Source: Marsupella aquatica
Taxonomy: Eukaryota > Plantae > Marchantiophyta
Assembly: GCA_973895155.1 (NCBI GenBank)
Contig: OZ316892.1
Span: forward strand, 10,988,420 to 11,052,419
Direction of reading: 5' to 3'
Length of the DNA: 64,000 nucleotides
In this document: one piece after another, positions 38,183 through 50,758 of the stretch
How the letters are laid out: every line of letters begins with the position of its first letter
How positions within the stretch are numbered: the first letter of the stretch is position 1
Program-made: the position numbers and the translations under genes
Notes under the pieces: generated by a model
What the model was told of the DNA's origin: nothing
What the model saw: the letters and a program-made list of their open reading frames with translations, nothing else
Databases searched by the model: none

Positions 38183-41100
38183 TTTTGCACGCGCTTCCAA
38201 CACTCACAAATTATAAAGACCCTCCGCTAGGCTCAGGGCCAAATGATTCCCGAGCGAAACTAAGGGCTCTCCCGAACAAAATTGTTGTCTGTCCGTCTGC
38301 ACAGCCCTTGTCCACGGGGATAAATCGCACACGACAGAGGAAGAAAACGGGCGGGATTCTGCAGATTCTAAGTTATTTTCAGTTGCCTCGTCGACCGCGA
38401 GAAACGGGAGTCCCGATTGCCCCAGAGACGTTAAACCGAACTGCAGCAGCCATCATTGCAGAAACTTTAGTCGCAATTTTAGACGTCAAATTCGGAGATC
38501 ACTGAAAGCTCGAAAAGCCCGTGCACAGACAGAGAGCTTGTTGAAGCTCAGATTGCTGTGCGGAGCTCAGCCAAAATGCGCAAACCTAGTTGCGACCCAA
38601 TTGGACGAGACAGAGTGTTGATGGAGCTAAGATTTCTTCACGGGGACTTGGCAAAATGGTTAAACCTAGTTGCGAACGAGTTGAACGACACATAGTGCTG
38701 AAAGAGCTAACATTGCTGAGGGGGGGATGGGGGAGGGGAACTGTGACAAAACCATTAAACCTAGTTGCGAACGAATTGAACGAACCTGACTATTTTTTAA
38801 CATTTTTCTTTCTAAGCCGTGTGGCGAATGTCACCCTTTGTGAAAGAGAAGATGAAAGTCATACTCCCATGGACCACAAAGTCGGTCGATTAAAACCCCC
38901 ATGGAGTTTAACCAGTATGTGGGTCTAGTTGTGAGTTGTTAGTAACATTATTGACCTTTAAATTTCCAACCACTTTTCTCTCAATTGGACTCTACCAAAA
39001 GGAAAGTTGTTTGATGTGGTAAGGGAAGGCGGGGAGGAGAATTAGGATGTAGGGTTCTTTTACGAGTGCCCCATCCATAACAACATTGTTGAGAGTAGCA
39101 AGGGTTAACAACTTGTTGATAGTTAACTCAAGCAAGTGGTTAAATAGGTTAACTCTCCGAACACAACGTACTTTACCATCAACTAGTGCTGCTGAGGTTG
39201 GACTAGTGGAGAGGGCCTATACCTTGGAGGAACACTTCATTGTGCTCACACTAGATATCAATGGTCAAGAGTTGGAGAGTGGAGAGAGAGAATAGTATAG
39301 TGTCATGGAGCTCAGAATGTGATTTTTCAAGCTATGGCCAATGTATGGTGTTAATATATATGTAGTCTATTTTTCCTTTTGGTCAAGGGCGCACCCTAAA
39401 ATGGGTGAACCAAACATCTTTATGTCATGACAAGATAGATTGTGCGTTGTACCCTGGTTCCCAACACATGTATCTCAACACAACTAGCAATAAGGATAGA
39501 TGTCCATTCATATGCAAAAAAACATTCATTTCACTACCCTTCACATATCATGGAAAGAGTTATCAGGTTTAATTTTTTCAGTTCTTCTATGCCACATTGA
39601 TTTGTAGATCGATTGAATTGTTTTTCTTTTTTTTAGGAAGGGGGAAAGAGGGTGAGGACCACTCAAACCTAGTCAGGTAGGCTCAGTTCAGATCTGCCTG
39701 GGTCAAATCAGCTTAGAAGGCATTTAATTATGTCTTATGTGGCATACTAATCAGACAAATGTTGGCTATCTTTTCCTATTTTTTATTCTTGACCCCATGC
39801 TCCATTGGTACTAAGATTTTGCCACAGTATATGGTCACCATGTCTATTTTATGAGCTCTAAAACTTTCAACTTTTAAATCAAGTGCGAATGAAAGTAAAA
39901 ACTGCTTGACCGTGCTCTAAGTGTTGAATTCAGCGTACGTACATTAGCAAATGTCAATTTGGCTTAGGTAAGGTTGGCTGATGTCAGATCTGCTTAGGTC
40001 AGGTTGACTTAAGGTCAGCTTAGGTAAAGCAGCTTAAGTGAACTGATCTGAGGTAAATCACCTAAGAAGAGATTTTGTGTATAGTGTGGCAAACTGATCA
40101 TTGGCTATCTTTGTCTATTTTTATATCTTTGAATGTCAATTTTTATGTCTCAAATTCAAGTTCCAATGGTACTCAGCTTTTACCAGAGTATACGGCTATG
40201 TCTATATTATTAGGTAGTAAACTTCCACCTTTTTTAGCCAATAGAAATGAAATAAAAAATGCACAAGTTTGGTCTTGAATTTTGAAGTTAGCTTAGATAG
40301 ATTAGATTGGCAAAGGCCAACTTGGCTTAGACAAGGTTTTTTCTGGTCAGATTGGCTCAGTTGAGGTCAGCTCAGGTCTGATCTGCCTGTGTCAACTTGG
40401 CTTAAGGTCGGCTTAGGTAAATTTGCTTAGAAGGCATTTGTGTCACAATATATGTGTCTTCTGTGGGAATTTAATCATTGACTAGCTTTGCGTTTGTTAT
40501 ATTGTTGATTTTGACCTTCATTGGTACTTACTAAGATTTTACTAAAATAGACCACGATGTCTATTCTGTAAGTGATAAACTTGGAGCTATTTCTATCCAT
40601 TTGCAATAAAATGAATTTAAAAAGCACAAAGATGATCTAAATGATGCAGTTGGCTTAGTGAGCTTCAGTACACAAGCAAGTGTGGGGAATCACACTCCTA
40701 CATTACACTTAGAGTCCTCGTAAGAAAAGTTCTGAAGAGTTGCACACAAGTACATCCAACAAGTTTTTACTTCAAGCCAACTAACACATAATTTGAATTT
40801 TTTTCATACCCACATGCCTTAAGAAGCCCTAGAAGGAGCCTGTCCCAATCTGGTAACACTACTACAGATACTCTCTAGATAAGTACAACCTGATTTGAAG
40901 GTTCTCATGTGCCCTTGTTGTGTGGTGCATCCTTAGGTCAACTGCAGGCTTGAGGGGCACCAAAATGATAGAATTGGATACTTTGTCACTATTTTGTGTT
41001 AAATCATGATAATCCTACCTTTTTCACTCTTGATTAACCAAAGTAACTCTGGCTAGTTTGGAATGACCCAATGGTGGAACCATTAAGTGTTGCAAGGACT

Positions 41101-41196
41101 TGAGGGTAAAATATTAGTTGAGGACTAGTTTTGGTAAGCCATTAAGGGCTCTACACAACATATTTGAAGTTTTGGGTGATTGGTTGTTATGCAAAA

Positions 41197-41450
41197 CTAG
41201 CTCAATACTTGTGCATTACACCAAAGATATTGTTGTGCAAATTGTAGATGTTTTAGTGTAAAAGATGTCATTACCCAAAAGATGACACTACATAAAAGAT
41301 GATATTGCATAAAAGATGCCCTTGTGCAAAAGATGTACAAAACATATCATTGCAGAAAGTATGATGTTGTGCAACGGATGTTATAGTGGAATAAAATATG
41401 TAGGTATATATGCCCTATATGTAAAAGAATGTGTTGCATAAAAGTTACCA
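41197..41450 (-). mobile_element. Degenerate Helitron 3' end with aaagatg repeats
   Basis: Reverse complement reads gtgtaatgcacaagtattgagCTAG|T, similar to the end at 57253. Confidence 0.45.
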
Positions 41451-43925
41451 CTGCGTTCCCCTTTACTCATCCATTGAGCTTCGAAGGCAGTGTCTTCCCA
41501 TCCATGTGCCTCCCACTTTCTCCTTGATCATTGCCCCTCCCCATTTCCAGTCTCTTTGACCCCTTCCATGTTTTGCTTCACAGTCTTTTGTTGGCATGAA
41601 AAAAGTCAAATTTTGGAAAAACAACCATGATAGTGCAGTAGATTAAAAGGCACGGGCCGGATTGTTTGTCATACTTTATGGGTGCAAAAGTCTCATCATT
41701 TTGGTTGGGTTGTTAGTGCTGTAAAATTGTTAGCAACTAGTTTGGTCATTGTTGTTGTTGTTGTCCACTGGTCCTCACTTATTTTCTTCCTACCCATAAT
41801 GCACGAATAAGTAAAGGGTTTTGTTATTGAATTTTGTGAAAGACTAATAATTTTTTATGGAATTTAGGGTCAATCAATTTTTGAAAATTATACGAAGATT
41901 CTAAAAAGAATTCATGTTTAAGAAATCAGTGATTAAAACTTTTACTTATGTTTAATGTGTCTTTCCCCAAAAACTTTGCGCGTGATATGAGACCCCCTTG
42001 GCATGAGGCCCTCGAGGTTATTTTGTGAAAGTGTTGCTATTGAATAGGGAAGGAAAAGGTTGTGCATGGGCACATGCAACGGGTGTCCATGTATGGTCGC
42101 ACAATATGAGGGAGTGTTTTTTGATTTATTTAATTTTATTTTATTTGTAGGTGACCATTAATATGTATATTTAAATAATAGTTTAGATATTTAGATTTTT
42201 CCAAAATTTCCAAATTTTCTTTTAATTTTCATTTTGGGCAGATGCGAGCAGGCATTCTGGCAGACATTTGAGGTGGGAGAGTGTCTAGGTGGATCTGATG
42301 GTACCAAAAAAACTAATTTTTGATAAAGGGCAAGGATTTACTCTCACTTTTTCCTCATTTTGTAAAAACAGCTTTTAACTACATTTCCACTAAAGTTGTC
42401 CAAAATTACAATACTGCCACACTTTTTTTCGTATTTGTAAAAATGCCACGGTTTTGGTATGTGGTTACCTTGGTGAACTCGATTGCCATGTGTTTCTTCC
42501 TGATTCGCTACAATTTCTGTCCAGACTGCATAGGGTTAGAACTTCCATCACGGTAGAGTAGGTGGTTAGTTATGTGCGTGTTGGTATTGTTTCCGTCAGT
42601 CTCCCGCGCGGGGAGACATTTTTGAATCGAGGATGCCATGGACAACGTGACGACTTCAGTTTTCGGTGTGGAACCGGGTGTGGAACAAATTGACAAAGAT
42701 TGCAGACATTGTGGCAACTGCGTGGAATGTCATTGAACGCTGAATTTTTTGAGAGAGAACACGAACACGAGAGAATTGAAGGGACGAAGCGGTGCAAAGC
42801 AACATTGCTTACACTTGTGCAAAGGCACAGCAATCGCCCTGTAAGCCGTTCTCCGCAGCTGCAGCTCAATATTTGAATCGAAGCTCTTCAGGAGTCACAA
42901 ACATCAGCATTGAACACCAGAACAAAGCAGCGTACAATAGCATTTTCTGTTCGTGTTGTATCCAGGTATAACCATTTCCTGACATTGAGTCGGCGTTCTG
43001 TGAGCGCAGTGCCTAATATTGTTGCCAATTTTCTGTTGCTGCACTGAATTTGTTTCGTGTGGAGTTCTCAATGTAATGTATGGTACAAGAAATTGCAATG
43101 TGGGCATTGATCGCTTGAATCTATTTCTCTGTTCTTTCCGTTATGTGTCGAGTGGATTTCTTCATCAACATTAATAGTAGGCCAATTTCAGTAAAGGCAG
43201 ATCGAGCCGACAATTGAAGAATAGTGGATACCAGGCATAAGGAATGAACAAATCGCGTTGAGCTATGTAGTGCTTCGAACTAGTCCTTTCCTTACTCGTG
43301 CCCCGTACATTGCCAATCGCTACTGCCAACAATCAAGTCTACATCTGCCAATTTCTATGAGGCACCTTTCTACAGGAAAACAAATGAAGTTAACTGGTGC
43401 ACACTAATGATCATATATGTTCACAAATTTCACCATGCACCATTCAGAAACTTGTTGAGTGATGTACGAGTGGAGGTTCTGTGAAAATTTCCAGAAATCC
43501 AAATATTGGTCTGAAATCCAACAAAATATTTGATTTCCTGAGGGAGAGTGTATACATGTGCCTGTAATCTATTCTAGATTGGGAAAGAGTGTGTGTATAT
43601 ATATGTTTGTATTCTATTGTGGATCCTTCTTGTGAAGTTCTATTTATGTATGTATGTGAATTTCATGCGAAGTTCTATTATAAATGTTTCCTAAGAAGTT
43701 CTATTTATTTTTTGTATATATGGAGCATCATGTGTAGTTCTATTTAATTTGTATGTTTCTTGTGAACTTCTATGTATTTTTGTATTGAGCATGTGCATTT
43801 GTACTCTACATCTTTCCTGTGAAGTTCTATTTTGGATCCAAGTCCTATTCTGGATCTTTCGTCTGATTGTTTGTCTGTGAGATTCAAATCATACTTGTCT
43901 TTGCTTTTGTGCATGCGGACTACCT

Positions 43926-46006
43926 TTGGCGGAAAGTGGAGCTATGGTTCAGGGTGCTTTGAGGAAGGGTGACGTTTTTCAGACTTGGCAAGATGTCAGG
44001 CGGGCAATTGTCAAACATGGAGTGTCAACAGAACGGGTCATTACAACATACAAGAAGGATAGTCTACGCTTTCTTGGGAAGTGCAAAATGTGGTGGCACG
44101 AAAACCCAGTCCAAAAATGTCTCTGGTCAATTAGAGTGATTATGAGCTCCAAGACTGAAACTATTACTATCACACAGTTGAATGATCACCATAGTTGTTG
44201 TGCTGCAGACCATTACACTAGACGCATGCACAATTCCTCAGATTTCTTGGCTACCTTGATCTTTGATATCCTCATAAAAAATCGACAGACTCGAGCTTGT
44301 TCTTTGAGAGACACTGCTCAGGCTATGTTGCATCCAGATGTTAAGTATCACACAGCACATGCTGCAAAAAAGCGTGCACTTGTGCGACTGGATGGTGATG
44401 AGAAGGATTCCTTCCACCTGATTCCTAGTCATTACCACCACATTATGCAAAGAGACCCTGGTGCTGTGGCAAAGTATGCAGCACCTGGTGGATCCTTTGA
44501 GACTTTGTTTGTGTGCCCTTCAGTTCTCGAAAGGCTTATGCACATTGCAGACCCCTCATTGCCTTAGATGGCACACACACAAAGTCAGCTTACCCTCAAA
44601 TGTTATTGGTGGCCACTGTATTAGATGCCAATAACTCTGTTCTCATCTTGTCTTATTGCATGGCTCCATCTGAGAATGAGCAGTACTGGTTGAGATTTTT
44701 GAACCTATTGCATGATGCAATTCCGGAGTTGTCTATTGTTGGTACTGTTTTCATTTCAGACAGAGAGAAGGGGCTTCAGAATGCTGTGGATGAGGTTTTC
44801 CCAATGGCATTCCATGCATTTTGCACATGGCACTTGGGGAAGAATCTACAAGCCCATTCCAACAAGGCAGCAAGGAAAGCATTTGATGGGCTAGTCTATG
44901 CTGCCAATGAAGATCAGTTCTTGAGGAGGTTAGATTGTATTGAAGACAATTTTCCAACAGCACATGAGTACATTGTGCACACGGCTGATCCTGCTCATTA
45001 CTCTAGAGCATTCATGCCCTATCCTAGGTACATATGATATTGTATAAGTTGGATTTTTTACCTTCGTCTCAATTTCTTGTGGTGATTCAACTGCTGCCCA
45101 ATAATTGAAGATCATTTGTTCTTTGTGACTGTTAGGTGGGGTCATGAGAAGTCTCAACAGGCAGAAAGTACCAATCGAGCATTGAAGGCGGAACGCCAGG
45201 AAGTGGCATTCAAGCAATCTAACTTTATATGGGACTACATGATGAAGCAATACTATCAGAAGAGGGAGCTTGCAGAATCCCTCAATACACCATATCCCCC
45301 TAATATCATGGCTGTATTGAGGGACCGACATGAGGAAGCATTCCAGCTTGTTGCAGATCCGTCAAGCCCTACTGAGGTTAGAATTACAGATTCTGAGGGC
45401 AGACATTTCCTAGTGACTTTTGAGCCACTTAAGCAATGTTCCTGAGGCGATTGGCAAGATGTGGGTATTCCTTGTAGTCATGCTTGGAGAGCCATTACAA
45501 GGCTACACCTCCGACATCATGATTTTGTGTCACCATTTTATTCCACAGAATCATTCAGGCACACATATAGTGCTAGCATTCCGGCTATTTTGAAGGATGA
45601 CCTACAACCTGATGCCTGGTGCGGGCCACCTTTGAAGAGAAGGAAGCGTGGACGTCCAACTGAGAAACCAAGGCTTAGGTTCCCAGAGGAGGATGGAGAC
45701 CGCTTGCCAAGGACATGTGGATTTTGCAAGCAGCGGGGCCATGACAAACGAACCTGTCAGCTTTGGCTAGATTCACTTGGAGGTGGGCACAACAAGGAAG
45801 TAGACGATAATGAACCCCAGGACTTGCACAACACAGATGAGTCGCATGATGAACAAGACAATGACATTATAGATATACAACAGTCTGCTCCTTTTATGGA
45901 AGAATTGAATGTTGATTCAGTCTCATCCTTATCATGTCCCTTTGAAATGGGATCCTTCAGAGCCCTTCTTGCCAGTTGTTCCCATGGACACAATATAGAG
46001 GCTTAG
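43926..46006 (+). pseudogene. MuDRA-like transposase (MuDR DBD, DDE, SWIM, C-terminal CCHC knuckle), inactivated
   Basis: Motifs GDVF..W, CLWSIRV..HHSC, IALDGTH, LDANN, FISDREKGL, FCTWHL, CS*GDWQDVGIPCSHA and CGFCKQRGHDKRTC. Frameshift near 44520-44535, probable intron ~45029-45136, and TGA replacing a SWIM Cys at 45443-45445. Confidence 0.93.
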
Positions 46007-46613
46007 AGTCCATCTGTTTCAGACACCCTTCTTACCAGTTTAGGACTTAGTTTGCAGGCTTAGCGTCGAGAGTTTTGCCAGGGTACTGCCAGAGTTACCT
46101 AGACTGATGTATCACAAGAGAGTTTACAAATGTGGAATAAAAGAGTTTTTGTATTCAAGTACAATCATCCAAATAAATTGTGTCTCAAAACTGAACATTG
46201 AATTGAATTGAATCCATTGAATTGAATCGGTTGAATTAAATCCATTGATCGAATCCATTGAATTGAATCCATTGAATGTAGAGTCTGTACAAGTAAACAC
46301 TATCCATTCAGATAAAACCAAGCAACATTTACGCATAACATAGTAAGGGCTTCTATATTCCAGCTGCATGGAATCAAACCATAATTCAGATCCAAAACAA
46401 GCTTCACTCAAGATCCAAAACAAGCATGTTGGAAGCAATGTAGTCACATAGAAAAAGATGTTGTCGATGCCAGTGTACCATTGATGTATATTATGCAATA
46501 TCAAAATACATTGCCTGAAGCTTCAATGAAGCACAAAATACAAAATTGGCTATTGCAAACTTTAGCCACATTGCCACCGGGATTGCCACTATGATTCTTG
46601 TAAAGGCAATAAA

Positions 46614-47896
46614 CTATTTGTGATACACCTTTGAGCTCCCAGGCTGGTCATGGAAATAGTAGACACCAAGTAGATTGGAGGTTGTCGATCTCCAATCTTC
46701 AAGATCACAAAGCACCCACTTGTGGGTACCATAGAGGACAAAGCCACTTTTGCCATTGAGCGTCTCCAAGTAGAACAACTCATGGACCAAGAGACAGTCA
46801 ATCTCCTCTCGAAAGCAATAGCATAGATCTCCGTCTCTGAATTTCTTCCCTTCTGTGAATATCTCAGCTGGATTTCCAATCTGAATCTTCTGCTGCTCAC
46901 CCAACTTACAGTTGTCAAATCGGAAGACATATGTTCTGCCAATGTTATCACTGTCTTCCACAGACCAAAACTCAAATTGAGTTAATCGAATCCAAGCCTT
47001 CTTCATGTCCATCCGAGTGGATGCTGTAAGCTTCCACTTCCACTTGGGATTGGTTAGGAAGGAATGGTACTCTTCAATATAGTCCTTCATTGCTTCTGAA
47101 GAGAAACAACATGACTCAATGTCATCTGTTACTGGAAACCTACAAAACAAGCAACCACACAAATTTAGACATGAACAAAACAGCAAAATGCAGGTGATAG
47201 TAAGCTTCTGAATTGTCACATGAAATATGTGCTAAAGAGGTGAGTGGACATATACCTATCCCATTGGGGCCTGAATGCAGGCTCCACCTGCTTCCGCAAA
47301 GACTCCACCATTTCCTTTGCTGGATCAAAGGCTTTCACTTTACCAATCTTGCCCCATCGGGTAGAGGATCCGTCCGTCATTTTGATCTTTTACAAGCAAA
47401 CAATGAATCCAAAAAAATTAGCTTGTGTGAGAGAAATTGCTTGCCGGAGAGACAAAATAAGGGGACTATGGGAAGAGTGGACTCTGATTCTTCCCAGCAT
47501 CACATTCATCTACGTCTCATTGACTAGTATCATTCACTATTTAATTGGCGCCGTGGGACACAGGAATACAGCAACAAGAAGTAACCAAAACATTGAAAAC
47601 AAACTCTGTTTCTTCAACATCGGTAGCTAGTGGTCACGACAATGTGGACAGTGCCGAAAGCTCCATCATTACCCAAAGCACAAGCGGGAACACAAGTGAT
47701 CGATCATCAGGAATACCTCTTTAGCTGCCGTATCCAATGCTGGCAATGAAGGGACGACTTCAACGGGGGTCAGGTTGTCTATGCTAGCTGCCGCTGAAGA
47801 TGCGACTTCAGCTCCTGCACCCACTTCGATGCTCACGCATCCACTTTGACCTTGGACATACACTTTGGGCTCCGACTTCCACTCGCCAAACGCCAC
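46614..47896 (-). CDS. Second MULE-internal spliced gene of unknown function, convergent with the transposase
   Basis: Exon ~47385-47256 (IKMTDGSSTRWGKIG...RPQWD) joins in phase (AG|GTATAT ... TTGTAG|G) to exon 47139-46614 (RFPVTDDIE...SSKVYHK*, open for ~175 codons). A further exon with donor GAG|GTATTC ends near 47717. The 5' structure is uncertain. Confidence 0.55.
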
Positions 47897-50200
47897 TCAA
47901 CCACGAAGTCCCCCCAACACTGTTTTCAGAATGGAGACTTTTGTCGACAGCCGACTCGGAGAACTTGAGCGCATGGGTTAGGGTGTGTAGACACTTCCAA
48001 GTGATGGATAGCGAGAGGGACAGAGTCGACGGAATGTCCCATACTGGACAGAACCTAACCCATGGTTAAGCTTGTCTGTTGTACTGTATGTGCACAGTGA
48101 AACCATGGCAGTTTTACAAATACGAAAAAAAGTGTGGCAGTATTGCAATTTTGGACAACTTTAGTGGCATTGTAGTTAAAAGCTGTTTGTAAAAATGACA
48201 ATACTTTTGGGGGATAGTAGTGTATCATAGTGTTTGATGAGGAGTTGATGTAAAATGGATGTGGAGACATGGAATGAGGGGTAAGTTAATTGGACATGTA
48301 CACCCATTCATTATGACATGGTTAAGAAAAATGACGAACATGCATCTATTTTGGTGTGACATATTGCATGGACATTATCTAATATTCTAATGCAATCGGA
48401 CAGAGGTTCTCATTTTTGTCCCACATGATTCTGCACACAAGTGTCCCCACATCCAAGGAATATACAAGTATTCCCACATGCAAAAAATCTAGATGCTCCA
48501 ATTAGAAACATCCAATGGCTGAGAATCAAGTTTTCACTTTTGTCCCACATGAGCGTTCACACAAGTGCTCACACATGAAAGGAATCTAGATGGTCCAATT
48601 ACACAGATCCAATAGTTTAGAATTTATGGGATGATGTGGATTTTTCACAGAATTTTTACAATTACAAGAGTCTCTAACTAGACCCGTAACCAGTATGTGG
48701 GTCTAGTTGGGATGTGTTAGTAACATTGAGCTTTAATTTCCAACCATTTTTCTATCAATTGGACTCTACCAAAAGGCAAAATTTGTTTGTTCCCAAACAA
48801 CCATTTTCCTATCAATTGGACTCTACAGAAAGGCAAAATTTGTTTGGTGCCAAAAAAATCAGGAGATTTGTTCCTTTTTTATTAATAGAAATGAAATTAA
48901 AATTGGGCAAAGTTGTTTTAAATTTTGAGGTCAGCTTGGATCTGTTAGGGTACTAAGATTTTAACAAAGTATGTCAGTATTGATTGTAAATTTAAAAAGC
49001 ACAAAACATGATCTCAATGATGAAGTTGGCTTAGTCATCTTTGGTGCACAAGCAAGTTTTGCTTGATTGGTGGGGAATCACACTCCTACAATCCGCTTAG
49101 AGTTCTCACACGAAAGTTCAGAAGAATTGCACACAAGGAAGTTCAACAAGGTTGTCACTTCAAGCCAGCTAACACATATTAATTGTAATTTTTTCATACA
49201 CACATGCCTCAAGAAGCCCGAGAGGAAGCTTTGTTTGTATTCACTTCAATGCTGGTATACTTTGTTAAAATCTTAGTATCAATGAAGGTCAAAGTCAGGA
49301 ATAAAACAATGCAAAGCTAACCATTGATTAGTTTTCCAGAGATAGTCACAAATTGGGACACAACTGCCTTCTAAGCGGAAGAAGCTTTATTTGTGTCTTT
49401 GTGAAAGAATTTGTATTTATATTTGGACTTATCTAGTCAATGCATGGATTGCACTACTACAAATACTCTGAATAAGTCCAACTTGATTTGAAGGTTCTTG
49501 TATGCTCTTGTTGCGTACTACAGCCTTAGGTCAAATGCAAGCTTGAGGGACACCAAAAGGATAGAATTGGATACTTTGTCGATCACTATTTTGTGTTAAA
49601 TTATGACATTCCAACCCATTTTCCACCGTTGATTAAGCAAAGGAACTCTGGCTAGGTTGGAATCATCCAATGGTGAACATTTTGTGAGTTTCTTATAATG
49701 GGATGTTTGTCACCATCCTCAAGTTAGCCGATACGCTCTCCCTCCCTTGAACAGCGAAAGGGGAGTCGGGAGGGGAGTGGGCCAGCCAACCAGGATTCAA
49801 ATCAGGAGGGGTGGAGTGGGAGCAAAGTAAGAGACCCAATCCACTATCAAGGGTTGGAAAGGGTGTTGCACTTACAGTAGAGGACATGCACGACAATCCA
49901 ATGGAAAAACCAGGTTAGATGTTCAAGATATTCAAAATATTTCAAGCTAACTATAGCTAGTTTCCTTAATCAACAATGGAAGAAGATGACAAGAAAACTG
50001 GCAAAGTATATATTTAGATTATGCAATTTTCAATAGTTCAAGTTGAGATGAAATTCTCAAATCAATAATAGTAGTTTTTCTTTTTTTTATTTCCCTTTTT
50101 TCTCTCACTCATCTTGGAATTTTTGAGCTTGCCATCAAGTTCAACACTATTTTCTTCATTCCCCATTTTTATTAAGAAATGGGAACAATTAAGTGTTGCA

Positions 50201-50567
50201 TGTTGAGCATAGACGACGATCGCAACGGCAAGCCCATGAACCATCCAACGCACAATAGTCGACACAAGAGATACGTGGTTCACCTCCTTGAGGCTACGTC
50301 CACGGGAACACACAAGAGAACTTTACTGAACTCTAAGCCCGTCGGCTATACCGAGTCTCCACAGTGTAAGCTCTCCCTATCTCTCAAGTGGCTCCATAAC
50401 AATGAGCCTTGGTTCTACCTCTCCAAACACACATGCCTCTTATGATATAGTGTGCAACTTAGTTGTACCTAACCACATAGTTGTACCTAACCACATAGTT
50501 GTACCTAATCACGTTGTTGTACCAACCACGTCATACCTAACCTAGACGTAAGAGTAAATACCCAACA
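50201..50567 (-). repeat. Copia 3' LTR
   Basis: Adjacent to the PPT (TCAAGGGGAAGAT on -); direct repeat of 54472-54838. Confidence 0.97.
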
Positions 50568-50758
50568 ATCTTCCCCTTGACTCTGGTCTAGGGGAGAGTA
50601 ATACTGCCAATGTATATGATCCCTCAGCGGGAAGTTCTGGACAGAAACCAAACCGGTTTCCCTCTCTAACTAGAGCAAACCAGAACTAAGCCGTAGCCTA
50701 ATACATAGGAATGAGGAAGAGCATATATCAGTAATTACAATGAATGTTTAAGAAAACT

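Larger units (their letters stand above)
42369..48185. mobile_element. Mutator-like element (MULE), 5.8 kb
   Basis: ~85-bp TIRs (CAGCTTTTAACTACA... / ...TGTAGTTAAAAGCTG), a perfect 10-bp TSD TTTGTAAAAA (42359-42368, 48186-48195), and an internal MuDRA-type transposase. Confidence 0.96.
38912..48686. mobile_element. Unclassified non-coding element, copy A (hosts the MULE and a Helitron end)
   Basis: Begins TAA|CCAGTATGTGGGTCTAGTT and ends AACTAGACCCG|TAA. Collinear with 48690-55699 at many blocks (38912/48690, 40612/48988, 41075/50182+54839, 42272/55129, 48220/55279, 48640/55652). Confidence 0.7.

Noticed and set aside
37215-38216. 333-aa Ser-rich plus-strand ORF
   Set aside because: Antisense shadow of the Glu/Lys-rich MFAP1 exon.
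42638-42736. Short ORF with CRHCGNCVEC inside the MULE
   Set aside because: Only 32 codons with no supported continuation or splice.
50179-50445. 88-aa ORF repeated at 54471-54716
   Set aside because: Antisense to the LTR, with no ATG within the LTR start and no recognisable domain; the repetition only reflects LTR identity.
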